64,000 bases of DNA from a bacterium (GTDB lineage: Bacteria > Hinthialibacterota > Hinthialibacteria > H5-UNCL2): contig JABTUV010000012.1 of NCBI GenBank assembly GCA_015075175.1, forward strand, positions 36,018-100,017. Reading direction: 5' to 3'. Position 1 is the first letter of the stretch. Every line of letters starts with the position of its first letter. The position numbers and the translations under genes were made by a program. Positions 19,826-30,013 of this stretch are shown one piece after another. Under the pieces are notes generated by a model. It was given only the letters and a program-made list of their open reading frames with translations, was not told the DNA's origin and made no database searches.

Positions 19826-20851
19826 ATGAGCAAGCAACTGCAACGGACGACCGAGCCGGCGGCGGCCTCGCCCGAAACGATGGCCGACCTCCTGGCCGAG
19901 ATCAACGCACTCTCTCCCACCCCGCTGGGAGAGGACGACGTATACGTGCGCAGCATGATCCTGTGTACCGACCGCGTGTGCGAGAGCGACTGGTGCAGGT
20001 TTTCACCGACCGCGCTGGCGGAGATCGCCGAAAAGATCGCGGGCGTGTCGGTGCTGGCCGGGCACGACCGGCGCAGCCTGCCGGTCGGACGCTTTTTCCG
20101 CGGGCGCGTGGTCGAGTTGCCGGAGGAGAATCCGGCCACGGGCCGGCCGGTGGTCGCCGTGCGCGCCTGGTTCTACTGGCTGGCGGCGACCAGCGGGGCC
20201 GAGGACCTCCTGCGCAACATCGACGGCGGCATCTACCGCGCGGTGTCGGTCTCCTGGCGCTATGAAAAAGACCATTGCAGCGTGTGCGGGGCGGCGACCG
20301 GCTGCGGGCACACGCCGGGTCGCACATACGGCGGCCAGCTCTGCCATCGCGTGATCGACCACGTGGACGAGGTACTTGAAGGCTCGCTGGTGTACAAGGG
20401 GGCCGACAGCGCGGCGCAAGTGGGGCGGCAACGCGACGCGCATTCCAGCCGGCGGGTGGGCGGCGGATTCTCGTGGGATCGCGCCTGGATCGCGTTCATG
20501 GCGCGCGCGCTGGCCGATCTGCCGCTCGAGAGCTGCACGTTCCGCGCGGCGGGGGTGCTGGCGCGCGAGACGGAAGCGATTCTCCACAACCTGGGCTGGA
20601 GGTTCTTGGCGCGGACGTGTCCGGCGTCGCCGCGGTTGGTGTGGTACACGGCGGCGGAAGGCGAGACGGTGGATTTCGCGCGCTTGGCGGCGGAGCTGGC
20701 CGGGCCGGGGCGGTTGATCGTCGCCGGACCGGGCGGGCGCGCTCCCCTCGCGGCCCTGCCGCGCGGCCTGCGGCTCTCGCGCCTCCTGGCTTTGCCCTTC
20801 TGGAACCGCCCCTGGTGGGTACTCGAACTGGAGAAGGAGGCGGTGGCATGA
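19826..20851 (+). CDS. hypothetical protein with Cys4 zinc-ribbon-like motif
   Basis: 341 aa; CSVCGAATGCGH...C cluster. Confidence 0.4.
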   Translation: MSKQLQRTTEPAAASPETMADLLAEINALSPTPLGEDDVYVRSMILCTDRVCESDWCRFSPTALAEIAEKIAGVSVLAGHDRRSLPVGRFFRGRVVELPEENPATGRPVVAVRAWFYWLAATSGAEDLLRNIDGGIYRAVSVSWRYEKDHCSVCGAATGCGHTPGRTYGGQLCHRVIDHVDEVLEGSLVYKGADSAAQVGRQRDAHSSRRVGGGFSWDRAWIAFMARALADLPLESCTFRAAGVLARETEAILHNLGWRFLARTCPASPRLVWYTAAEGETVDFARLAAELAGPGRLIVAGPGGRAPLAALPRGLRLSRLLALPFWNRPWWVLELEKEAVA

Positions 20852-21645
20852 GCGGCTTCGGACGTTACAGCCCGACGCGCGCGGAGCATGGCTCCAGCCT
20901 GTGGAGCTACGGCGAGGTTCCCGTGGCCAGCGCCAAGCTGAACACCTGGAACGGCAACGTGGCCGCGGCGCTGGACTTTCTCCACCACAGCCTGGCCCGG
21001 CTGGTAGGCGCGGCGGAAGCGGACTTCGTGCTTTCGCTGGGGACGGGCGCGGAACTGAAAGTGGTCGCGCAGGCGGTTCCCAATATGACGGTGAAAGTGC
21101 GCGCGGGCAGCGCGTTCGTGGACGGCTTTGTATGCGGCCTCTCCGCCGACGTGACGCTGCCGCTTTCGGGCACGCTGGCCGCGCCGGTGGAATATCCGCG
21201 CATCGACCTGGTCTATCTGGACGCCTACGGCGAGCCGCACATTCTCGCGGGGCCGGAGTCGGGCGCGCCGGTCGTGCCGGACACTCCCGCCGGAACGTTG
21301 AAGCTGGCCGAGGTCTACCATCGCGTGGGCGAAACCAGCATAGAGGACAGCGACGACGCGGAGAACGGCTACCTGACGGACTTCCGGCCGATTCGCATTC
21401 TGGGACGGGCGCACGAGCATCCGCGGGGATCGGACCGCGCGCCGGCGGAAAGCCCTGACGGCGCCCGCGTCACCTTCAGCACCCCGCAGAAGTTCCGCGC
21501 CGGCACGCTGCGCGTGTGGTTGAACGGCGTCGAGCAGGACCCCGCACTCGTGGTGGAAGACGCGGGGCAAGAGAGCTACACGTTCACGACCGCGCCCTTC
21601 TCCGGCGACCGCCTCAGCCACGACTATGAGAAGGAGGGCGCGTAG
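20848..21645 (+). CDS. hypothetical phage-cluster protein (tail/fiber-like position)
   Basis: 266 aa; ATGA overlap with the upstream gene. Confidence 0.4.
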   Translation: MSGFGRYSPTRAEHGSSLWSYGEVPVASAKLNTWNGNVAAALDFLHHSLARLVGAAEADFVLSLGTGAELKVVAQAVPNMTVKVRAGSAFVDGFVCGLSADVTLPLSGTLAAPVEYPRIDLVYLDAYGEPHILAGPESGAPVVPDTPAGTLKLAEVYHRVGETSIEDSDDAENGYLTDFRPIRILGRAHEHPRGSDRAPAESPDGARVTFSTPQKFRAGTLRVWLNGVEQDPALVVEDAGQESYTFTTAPFSGDRLSHDYEKEGA

Positions 21646-22020
21646 GTGGCGCCGGAAGTGAACCAGGTGGACCTGGTGTGGATGTTCTCCAATCTGGTGG
21701 GCGTGGCGGCGTGCTACTACCTATTGGCGTTTTACATTCCGCGGCGGGACGAGTCGATGCGCGAGGCGTGGACGGCGCGCGAGCGGTGGTTGTCGCAGAT
21801 TTACAGCGACGAGAAGGCGACCTACGAGCGGCTGGTCGACCGGCTGGCGGAGGAGTTCCGCAGTACCGCGCGCAGCGTGGACGTGCTGTCGGGGCTGATG
21901 TACCAGTGGCTGCATCAGCGGCCCGGGCAGCGGCTGTCGCGGCAGGAGATCGAGCGGGCCATCGACGACCTGAAGAAGGGCGGGGCGACGGCCATGCAGG
22001 TGGGGCTGGGGCAATCGTAG
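21646..22020 (+). CDS. small membrane-anchored hypothetical protein
   Basis: 124 aa, GTG start directly after the upstream stop; N-terminal TM helix LVWMFSNLVGVAACYYLLAFYIP. Confidence 0.35.
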   Translation: MAPEVNQVDLVWMFSNLVGVAACYYLLAFYIPRRDESMREAWTARERWLSQIYSDEKATYERLVDRLAEEFRSTARSVDVLSGLMYQWLHQRPGQRLSRQEIERAIDDLKKGGATAMQVGLGQS

Positions 22021-22156
22021 AGTCGTGATTGGCGGGACTGGCGCGTTGACGGCCGCCCTTCGACGCGGATGGCCTGAAGCGAAGGTGGAAGACCGGGTGA
22101 ATGCGGGTTCTGCACGCGCTTAAGGCCATCCTGCTCAGGTTTGTCGGGATGGGTTA

Positions 22157-22197
22157 TCGGCCTTGGCTCCCCCCTTAACAAGGGGGGTTGGGGGGGG
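22157..22197. repeat. GC hairpin repeat GGCCTTGGCTCCCCCCTTAACAAGGGGGGTTGGGGGG (copy 1)
   Basis: Near-identical 40-bp copy at 43338-43377; stem CCCCCC/GGGGGG with loop TTAACAA. Confidence 0.7.
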
Positions 22198-22226
22198 ACA
22201 GTGGGCGGCGAGCGGCGGCAGGCGAA

Positions 22227-22275
22227 GCGTGTGGGCAAGATGCCCACACGCAAGCCGGCGGGACGCCGGCGTTAC
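22227..22275. repeat. composite double-hairpin repeat (TGTGGGCA..TGCCCACA plus GCCGGCGGGACGCCGGC), copy 1
   Basis: gcgtgtgggcaagatgcccacacgcaagccggcgggacgccggcgttac; the related copy at 45605-45714 carries compensatory substitutions that preserve both stems. Confidence 0.65.
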
Positions 22276-22286
22276 GAGGAGTACTC

Positions 22287-23384
22287 ATGCATCCCATCGC
22301 GCGCATCTACGACGCGGACGGCCGGTTGACCGCGGAGATCGCTCCGCCGCGCTCCGTGCACGCCGTCTCGCGGCTGGGGGCGCTTTCCGCCGAGTGCCGG
22401 CTGGAATTGTTGCCCGAGGACGCCCGCATCCCCGTCTCGCACCACGACCACCTGGTCGTCTCGCTGGCGGGAGAGACCCTCTTTGACGGTCCCGTCGTCG
22501 AGCTGCGCACCGACAGCCTGGGCCGGCTCTTGTCGCTGCGTGGCGCGCTCGTGCCCGAGCGGGACTGGAACGAACGCGTGACCGGCCGCTACCAGGAGAA
22601 CAACGTCGGCGCCATCCTGGCCGGCGTGATCGAGGGCCTGAGCTTTTCCCCCGTGCGCTACACGCCCACGCATGAATTCGATGCGCCCATCGACGCACTC
22701 ACCTTCGACCAGTATCCGCTCTTTTACGCCATCGATCTCCTGGCCAAGCTGGCGGGCAACGCGCTCTGGGACCTCGACTGGGAGGGGGCGTTGCGCTTTC
22801 GGCCCTCCAGCGTCGCTCCGGACCACGTGGTCTACTTCGATCCGCGCCATCACGCGCTGAAGGTGTGGCAAAGCGACGAGCCCATCCGCAATTCGTTCAC
22901 CGCGCGCGGCGGCATCGTCGCGGACAACGAGTTCGTGCGCTCGTTTGACGACCCCGAATCGATCGCGCGCTACGGGCTTCTGCCCATGACGCTCTTCGTG
23001 CGTCCCGTCAACACTCCATCCGTCTACGAGCGGTTGCGGGAGGCGATTGTGTCCGAGGCGACGCGGCCCCGGCTGAACAAATATCTGGACGTGCGCAGCG
23101 GGGGTTGGACGGTGCGGGCGGGCGACTTGATCGAGCTGCGCGGCTCGCCCCTGCCCGCGCCCGGACAGGACCAGGTGTTTCGCGTCAAGGCGCGCGAAAT
23201 CGCCTGGAGCCCGGAGAAAGCCCGCGCGCGCCTGTGGTTCGCGGAGGGCCGCGAGAACGCGGCTTCCTACCTGCGCTATCTCGACCACGAGCACACCGGC
23301 CTGGACCCGGACTGGGTGCGGCGGCGGGTGGGCCCCTTCCAACTGGACTTCTCGGCGGTGGACAGCTCGGCCCAGCTGGCGTAG
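22287..23384 (+). CDS. hypothetical phage-cluster protein
   Basis: 365-aa ORF, last gene of the co-directional phage-like cluster. Confidence 0.4.
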   Translation: MHPIARIYDADGRLTAEIAPPRSVHAVSRLGALSAECRLELLPEDARIPVSHHDHLVVSLAGETLFDGPVVELRTDSLGRLLSLRGALVPERDWNERVTGRYQENNVGAILAGVIEGLSFSPVRYTPTHEFDAPIDALTFDQYPLFYAIDLLAKLAGNALWDLDWEGALRFRPSSVAPDHVVYFDPRHHALKVWQSDEPIRNSFTARGGIVADNEFVRSFDDPESIARYGLLPMTLFVRPVNTPSVYERLREAIVSEATRPRLNKYLDVRSGGWTVRAGDLIELRGSPLPAPGQDQVFRVKAREIAWSPEKARARLWFAEGRENAASYLRYLDHEHTGLDPDWVRRRVGPFQLDFSAVDSSAQLA

Positions 23385-23545
23385 GCACGCACACGCTCCC
23401 CCTCACCCGTTCGTCCGCCACGGCGGACGAACGACCCTCCCGAGGTGAAGTCGCGCCCCTGGGAGAGGGAACCGCGACCCGCCGGTAGAATTCCTGCCGC
23501 CGGCCCGCTACCATGTCCGCATCACGCTGGACCGGGAGCAACCCT

Positions 23546-23975
23546 GTGAAAATCTCGTCATTCATGGTCCCAACCTGACCTTCTGGGACGCCGCGAGCCG
23601 GAAGTGTACGGGCGCGTCACGCTGGCGGAGTTGAACCGGCGCCTGGAGAGCCTGGCCAAGGAGCCTGGCGCGACCGTCGAGTGCCTGCAGATCGCCGGCG
23701 AAGGCGATGGTGAAAGCCATCAGCGGCGCTGACGCTGCGACGGCATCCTGATCAATCCTGCCGCCTATACCCACACCTCCATCGCGGTGCGCGACGCCCT
23801 CGCCGCGGTGGGACTGCCCACGGTGGAAGTGCACCTCTCCAATATCGCCGCGCGCGAGGAGTTCCGCCACAAGTCCTACGTGGCGCCGGTAGCCGGGTCG
23901 ATTCCGGCCTGGCGCGGACAGCTACTATCTAGCCTGCGCGCGCTGGTCTCGATCCTGGCGCTGCGCAAGAACTGA
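23546..23975 (+). pseudogene. aroQ: 3-dehydroquinate dehydratase type II (aroQ) with multiple single-base frameshifts
   Basis: Conceptual repair gives VKI(L)VIHGPNL(N)LLGRREPEVYG...LAELN...ECLQ(SNHEGE)...[21 protein letters not shown]...[26 protein letters not shown], diagnostic of AroQ, spread over 3 frames with at least 4 one-base deletions (two traced to aa->a and cc->c). Confidence 0.6.
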
Positions 23976-23976
23976 C

Positions 23977-25816
23977 GTGAGCGCCTCTGCGCGCGCCTTC
24001 TGCTGGTCTGCCGCGCGCCTGGCGCCGGCGGCGCTGCCCGTCCACCTGGTCTTCATGCTGGCGGCTTTCCAGTCCAGCGATCTGCGCTCGACGGGAACCA
24101 TCATCAGCCAGGCGGTGGTGCTGAGCGTGGCCATGGTACCTCTGGCGACGGCCGTGGCCCACGCTGGCCGGCTGGAAGTCGCCGTCTTCGCCGTGGCGCT
24201 GCTCTTTTCTTCTTCCGGGCTGGCGACCTGGACCATCGCGAGCCAGCCGCTGCTGGCGACCACACAAGTACGGGCGTGGGCGTGCTGGCTGCCTTTGCTG
24301 TCGCCGCGCTGTCGCGGCGCGAGGGGCGCTTCTGGCTGCCGGTTTTGTGGCTGCCGGCGCTGGCGGCGCTCCTCGTCTTTCGCGGCGGGCACGCCCCATG
24401 GTGGTATGGAGAAGGAACGCCGCTGTCCGCGCTCTGCTTTTGGCGCTGCCGTTAGCGCTGGCGCTGCATACCGGCATCCTGGCCGCGTACGCTGGCTCCT
24501 GCTGCCCGCGTGGTGCTGGCGCTGCTGTTGGCCGCTTACTTTCTGATCCTGGCCGGCAGCGCGGACCTCTCGCCTTCTAGCGGTGTATGTGTTCGTCTCG
24601 CGGCATCGGCGATGGTCAGTCCCCACGCCTGCGGGTTCGTCTTGTGGGACGCTGGCGGTACCGCATCTCTGGTTGGACTGCGAGGAGGCGATGCTGCTGA
24701 GAGCTGGCGCTGACTGCACGCGCGAGAAGTTGCGGCTGCACCGGAGTATGTCTTGGCGCAACCGCCGGGCTACGGCTGGGAGGCGCTGGCGACGGCGTTT
24801 GGCGGCGCTGCCTTCTGGCGCCGGACCCGGCCACGAAACCGCACTCCTCGCCGGCTCCCGCCTCCCGCCCCATCCCTACACCATCCCCGGCGCTTTCATC
24901 TGGGAGGGACTGTGCGCGCTCGGCTATGGCTTCTTTCTCGCCCTGGCGGGTTTCCTCTTGCTTCAAATGGTAGGCGACCAGGCGGAGGACGACGATCCCA
25001 CCGCGCCCCGCGCGCGGGCGATGTTGGGGGCTGTGGACGGCCTCCTTCCTCGTGCTGTTCAGCGGATTCCTCGTCCAACCCGCTGTGGTGGATGGCGCTG
25101 GGGGTGCTTTATTCGGCGCGGCCGGTCGCCGCGCGCGGGTACCGGCGCGGGCTGCGCGCGACCGCACACGCCGGCGCCTTGGCGCTCTTTCTCCTGTGCG
25201 CATTCCCCCTGATGGCAGGTCGCGGCGGGTGGTGTTCGCCCATCCGCAGGATTACGGCCGATCAGCGCAGCGGACGCGCCTGCGCTGGCATCGCGCGCGC
25301 AGGCTGGAGCCGCAGAACGGCGCCTATGCCTTCGGCCTGGCCCATGCCGTCTACGCCGCCAACCTGGCCGAGCACAACCTGCGCTTTCAGGCAGTCAACG
25401 ACGAGGTGCTCGCGCTTCTCTCCGAGGCGGTGGCCAAGGAGCCGTACAACGGCGTGTATCGCTGGGTGTACTCGCGTTTTCTGCTTTTAGCGGGCCGCTG
25501 GGACGCGGCGCTGGCCCAGGAGCAGCGGGCCATTGCGCTGGCTCCGCGCCGCCTGGAATATCGCCGCAGCATGGCGGAGACCTGCGAGAACCTGGGCCGC
25601 CTGCAACTGGCGCTGGCGGAGTATCGCGCCTGCGCCGACCTGTCCCCCTTCGATCCCGAGTTGCGGCTGGCCATCGCGCGCGTGCTGGTCGCCCTCAAGG
25701 AACCCGAGGCCGCGCGGCTGGAATACGAGAAAGTCCTGCGGCTGGCGCCCGACGATCCCATCGCCAGGAGCTACCTGGAACGGCATCCTCGCCCGGACGC
25801 TCAGCACGTCTTTTGA
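23977..25816 (+). pseudogene. polytopic membrane protein with C-terminal TPR repeats (O-antigen-ligase/TPR-like), fragmented across three frames
   Basis: ORFs 23977..24546, 24753..25490 and 25052..25816 are consecutive pieces in different frames: a hydrophobic N-part, then TPR-like LALAEYRACADLSPFDPELRLAIARVL...LEYEKVLRLAPDDP. Confidence 0.4.
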
Positions 25817-25855
25817 TCGTGCGCGCTCGGCTTCGATTTGCTAGACTGTCCGATC

Positions 25856-28105
25856 ATGTCGCATTCGCCGCGCACCATTGACTGGGAAAAAGAGCTGAAC
25901 CCGCGCCAATTGGAGGCCGTGACCACGACCGAGGGGCCGGTACTCGTTTTGGCGGGGGCGGGCAGCGGCAAGACGCGCGTGATCGTCTACCGGTTGGCGT
26001 ACCTGCACCTGGAGCGCCGGGTGTCGCCGCGGCAGTGCCTGGCGATGACCTTCACCAACAAGGCGGCGGGGGAGATGGCGCAGCGCGCGCAGGGGCTCTG
26101 CCATACGGACGCGCCCTTTCCCATCTCGACCTTTCACTCGTTCTGCGCGCGTTGGCTGCGGCGCTGGCACGCGGCGGCGGGGGTGTCGCGTGACTTCATC
26201 ATCCTGGACACGGGCGACGTGCAGTCGCTTTTCACGACGCTGGCGCGCGAGCTGCAGTTGCCCGCCGATCTCGTGACTCCCCGCCAACTGGCCTCCGCCA
26301 TCTCCTACGCCAAGAATCATCTCATGGACGCGGCCGCCTTCGCCGCGGCGGCCAAGGGTCCCCGGCAGGAGGCGGCCGCGCGCGTCTTCGCCGCCTATGA
26401 AGCGCGCCTGAAGCAGCTTGCGGCGCTGGACTTCGACGATCTCCTGCTGCTGACGCTGCGCACCCTGGAGAGCGACGCTTCCGCCCGCGAGGCGACGCAG
26501 CGCCAGTATCGCTACCTGCTCCTGGACGAGTACCAGGACACCAACCTGCCTCAGGACCGCATCGCCGCGGTGATCGCCGCCGAGCATCGCAACATCTGCG
26601 CGGTGGGCGACGACGACCAGTTGATCTACCGTTGGCGGGGCGCGCTGCCTAGGAACATCCTCGAGTTCGACGCGCGCTGGCGCGGCGCCAAGGTGATCCG
26701 GCTGGAGGAGAACTATCGTTCCACGGAGGTGATTCTCTCCGCCGCCAACGCGTTGGTGACGAAGAACGTGCAGCGGCGCGGCAAGCGTCTCTTCACCCGC
26801 CGGTTGGGGGGCGAGCCGATCGGGCTGCTCGTCTCCGGCGACGAGCAGGAGGAGGCCGCGGCGGTGCTGGCGCAGATCAAGGAGCTGGTGGCCGCCGGGC
26901 GCCGCCCGGGCGAGATCGCCGTCTTCTATCGCACCAACGCGCAGTCGCGCCCCCTCGAGGAGCAGATGCTCTTGTCGGGCATTCCCTATCAGATCGTGGG
27001 CGGCCTGCGGTTCTACGAACGGAAAGAGGTGAAGGACATTCTGGCCTACTTGCGGCTGATTCACAATTCCGCGGACGATTTGTCGTTTTCCCGCATCGTG
27101 AATCTACCGCGGCGCGGCATCGGGGAGGCGACGGTGGGGCGGCTGGCGGAGTTGGCGCGCGAGCGCGGGCTTTCGCTGTATGCGACGGCCCGGGCGGTGG
27201 TCGCGGAGAAGGGACGGGACCATCGCACGCTGGCGGCGCTGGGCCGCTTCGTGGACCTGGTCGAGGCGTTGCGTCAGGAGAGCCGGATGATTCCCCTCAC
27301 CAGCTTGATCGGCCGCGTGGTGCGCGGGACGGGCTATGAAGAGCATCTGAAGAACACCGAGGGAGAGCTGGCCAAGGCGCGGCTGGAGAACCTGTCGGGC
27401 CTGGAGGCGGCGGCGGCGGAAATCCTGCGCAGCCTGCCGCCCGGCGGCGAGGTCGACCCGCTGGGTTTCTTTCTGGAGCGGGTGGCTTTGCTCTCCGACG
27501 TGGACGAACTGGCCGACGACGCCGAGGCGGTCCTCCTGATGACGGTTCACACCGCAAAGGGCCTGGAGTTCCCCGTGGTGTTCGTGGTGGGACTGGAGGA
27601 GGGGTTGTTTCCGCACCAGCTCAATCTCACCGACGAGGAGAACGTGGAGGAGGAGCGGCGGCTGTTTTACGTGGCGATGACGCGCGCCAAGGAGCGGTTG
27701 TTTCTGTCCCACGCCTACGCGCGCTTTGCGGCGGGCCGGACCTCGGCGCAGAGTCCCAGCCGGTTCCTGTCGGAGTTGCCGCGTGAACATCTGGCGACGC
27801 TGTCGGGGATGGGGCGGGGGTCCGCGGCGCGGGCGCCGCGGCCCTTCTATTTACCGCAGGCGCCCGCCGGCGGTGTGCAAGTGGGCTTCAACAGCCGCGG
27901 CCCGCGCCCCGCCCGGCCGCCGGTCGTCGGTCCGCTCTCCCACCATTTCGCCGTGGGTGATCGCGTCACACATCCCCGCTTCGGCGGCGGCCGCGTGCTT
28001 TCCACCAGCGGCGCCGGCGAGCATCTGAAAGTCACCGTCGATTTCGGCCGTGGAGTGGTGAAGACGCTGGTGCAGCGCTTCGCCAAGCTCTCCCACGCAT
28101 CCTGA
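25856..28105 (+). CDS. UvrD/PcrA/Rep-family ATP-dependent DNA helicase
   Basis: Walker A AGAGSGKTRV, motif II LLLDEYQDTN, motif VI VAMTRAKERL; about 750 aa. Confidence 0.85.
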   Translation: MSHSPRTIDWEKELNPRQLEAVTTTEGPVLVLAGAGSGKTRVIVYRLAYLHLERRVSPRQCLAMTFTNKAAGEMAQRAQGLCHTDAPFPISTFHSFCARWLRRWHAAAGVSRDFIILDTGDVQSLFTTLARELQLPADLVTPRQLASAISYAKNHLMDAAAFAAAAKGPRQEAAARVFAAYEARLKQLAALDFDDLLLLTLRTLESDASAREATQRQYRYLLLDEYQDTNLPQDRIAAVIAAEHRNICAVGDDDQLIYRWRGALPRNILEFDARWRGAKVIRLEENYRSTEVILSAANALVTKNVQRRGKRLFTRRLGGEPIGLLVSGDEQEEAAAVLAQIKELVAAGRRPGEIAVFYRTNAQSRPLEEQMLLSGIPYQIVGGLRFYERKEVKDILAYLRLIHNSADDLSFSRIVNLPRRGIGEATVGRLAELARERGLSLYATARAVVAEKGRDHRTLAALGRFVDLVEALRQESRMIPLTSLIGRVVRGTGYEEHLKNTEGELAKARLENLSGLEAAAAEILRSLPPGGEVDPLGFFLERVALLSDVDELADDAEAVLLMTVHTAKGLEFPVVFVVGLEEGLFPHQLNLTDEENVEEERRLFYVAMTRAKERLFLSHAYARFAAGRTSAQSPSRFLSELPREHLATLSGMGRGSAARAPRPFYLPQAPAGGVQVGFNSRGPRPARPPVVGPLSHHFAVGDRVTHPRFGGGRVLSTSGAGEHLKVTVDFGRGVVKTLVQRFAKLSHAS

Positions 28106-28109
28106 GGGG

Positions 28110-28215
28110 AGTATGGGACCTATGAGACTTATGAGACCTATGGGACCGCTCTCGCACATGCGAGACACCTCCGCTGTTCCATAGGTCCCATAGGTCTCAC
28201 ACGTCCCATGCGCCC
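28110..28215. terminator. nested inverted repeats (TATGGGACC family), candidate terminator downstream of the helicase
   Basis: 15-bp stem gagacctatgggacc / ggtcccataggtctc enclosing an inner palindrome tctcgcacatgcgaga; begins 5 nt after the helicase stop. Confidence 0.5.
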
Positions 28216-28300
28216 GTCGGCGCATCCGATCTCGCTTGACCCGGCTCGCGGGGGCTGTTAATTTTTCAAGCTAAGCCTAATACCCACAAGGGGTTGGAGT

Positions 28301-29236
28301 ATGGCCATTCTGCGCACGGAAAACCTCACCAAGTATTACCGTCGCGGCTTTCTGGGCAGACCGGCGCCTGCCCTGATCGGTCTTAACCTGGAAGTGCAGG
28401 CGGGCGAGATCTTCGGCTTTCTGGGTCCCAACGGGGCGGGCAAGACGACCACGCTGAAGCTGCTCTTGCGGCTGATCCATGCCAGCGCGGGACGCGCCTG
28501 GATCAAGGGCCAGCCCATCGGCCATCCCAGCCTGGTGCGCACGATCGGTTACATGCCCGAGAATCCGTACTTTTATCGTTTTCTTACGGGCGAGGAGCTG
28601 CTGCACTTTTACGGCAAGTTATGCCACTTCCCGCCCGGGCGGCGGCGCGAGCGGGCGCGGGAGCTCCTGAAGATGGTGGGATTGGAGCACGCCGCCAAGG
28701 TGCGGGTAGGCGAATACTCGAAGGGCATGGTGCAGCGCGTGGGGTTGGCGCAGGCGCTGCTGAACGAGCCTGAGCTCATCCTCATGGACGAACCCATGTC
28801 CGGGCTGGATCCCATCGGCCGCGCCGAGATGCAACTGGTCATCAAGCGCCTGCGGGAGGCGGGCAAGACGGTCTTTTTCTGCTCGCACATTCTCTCCGAC
28901 GTGGAGGAGCCAGGTGAGCGCATCGCGATTCGCATCGCGGCCGGCTGATCGTGGCGGGCAGGTGCGCGGTTTCTGGAAAGCCAGGAGCGGCGCATCGTGG
29001 CCGAGGTGGCCGGCGTGACGCTCACCCCGGAATTGGAGGCGAAAGTCCAGCACCGGGAGGTCGTGGGGGATGAGCTGCATCTGCAGTTGGTCGATCCCGC
29101 CGCCGCCGACGCGCTGGTGCGCCACGTGGCGGCCACGGGCGGGCGGCTGCTGTCCCTCTCGACCCGCCGCATGAACCTGGAGGAGTACTTCATGCTCAAG
29201 ATCGCCGAGGCGGGCCGCGCGGAGGCCGCGGCATGA
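28301..29236 (+). CDS. ABC transporter ATP-binding protein (ABC-2 type) with two apparent frameshifts near the 3' end
   Basis: Walker A GPNGAGKTT, signature YSKGMVQR, Walker B LILMDEP, H-loop CSHIL. The C-terminal domain (RRMNLEEYFMLKI) is in another frame (ORF 28997..29236), and GRLIVAGR lies in a third frame around 28925-28960. Confidence 0.6.
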
Positions 29237-30012
29237 CCAACATCCTCGCCATCGCCGTCAATACCTTCCGCGAGGCCATTCGCAAGAAGGTCTTCTATCT
29301 GATTCTGGTTTTCACGCTGGTGCTGTTGGGCGTGGCCATTGCGGTCGCCAGCGTCTCCTTGGCGGGCCGCGACCGCATCCTCATCACCTTCGGCCTCTTC
29401 GCCGTCAACGTCTTCGGCCTTCTCGTGGTCATCTTCATCGGTTCGCAACTGTTGGCCGACGAGACCGAGCGCAAGACCATCTACACCGCCATCTCGCACG
29501 GCGTCACCCGCTCGCAGTTCATTTTGGGCAAGTATCTGGGCCTATGCCTAACCGTGCTGGCCCTGACGTTCTTTATGACTCTGCTCATGACGGCGGTGTT
29601 TTACCTCGCCGACGTTCCCGTGGACCATGCCGACATGTTCAAGGCGGTCATTTTGCTGCTCTTGTCGCTCTTCATGGTCTCCGGCGTGGCCATGCTGTTC
29701 TCGAGCTTTTCCACCCCGGTGCTGTCGGCGGTGCTGACGCTGCTGGTCTGGTTCATCTGCAACTTCACCCTGGACGTGGAGAACCACGCCCGCTACCTGG
29801 CCGACCACCAGGACCAGGTGGTCATGCCGATCGTGTTGAAGGCCATTTACGTAGCGTTCCCCAACTTCGCCCAGTACAACCAGATTCGCGCGGTGGTTTA
29901 TGCGCACGAGCCGGTGGAGTTGGCCCCGCTGCTCGTGCTCCTGGCGGTATTGTACACGACGGTTTATCTTTCGCTGGCGTGCTGGTCCTTCAGTACCAAG
30001 GACTTTGAATAG
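29233..30012 (+). CDS. ABC-2 family transporter permease
   Basis: 259 aa, six hydrophobic helices, ATGA overlap with the upstream ATPase. Confidence 0.6.
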   Translation: MTNILAIAVNTFREAIRKKVFYLILVFTLVLLGVAIAVASVSLAGRDRILITFGLFAVNVFGLLVVIFIGSQLLADETERKTIYTAISHGVTRSQFILGKYLGLCLTVLALTFFMTLLMTAVFYLADVPVDHADMFKAVILLLLSLFMVSGVAMLFSSFSTPVLSAVLTLLVWFICNFTLDVENHARYLADHQDQVVMPIVLKAIYVAFPNFAQYNQIRAVVYAHEPVELAPLLVLLAVLYTTVYLSLACWSFSTKDFE

Positions 30013-30013
30013 G

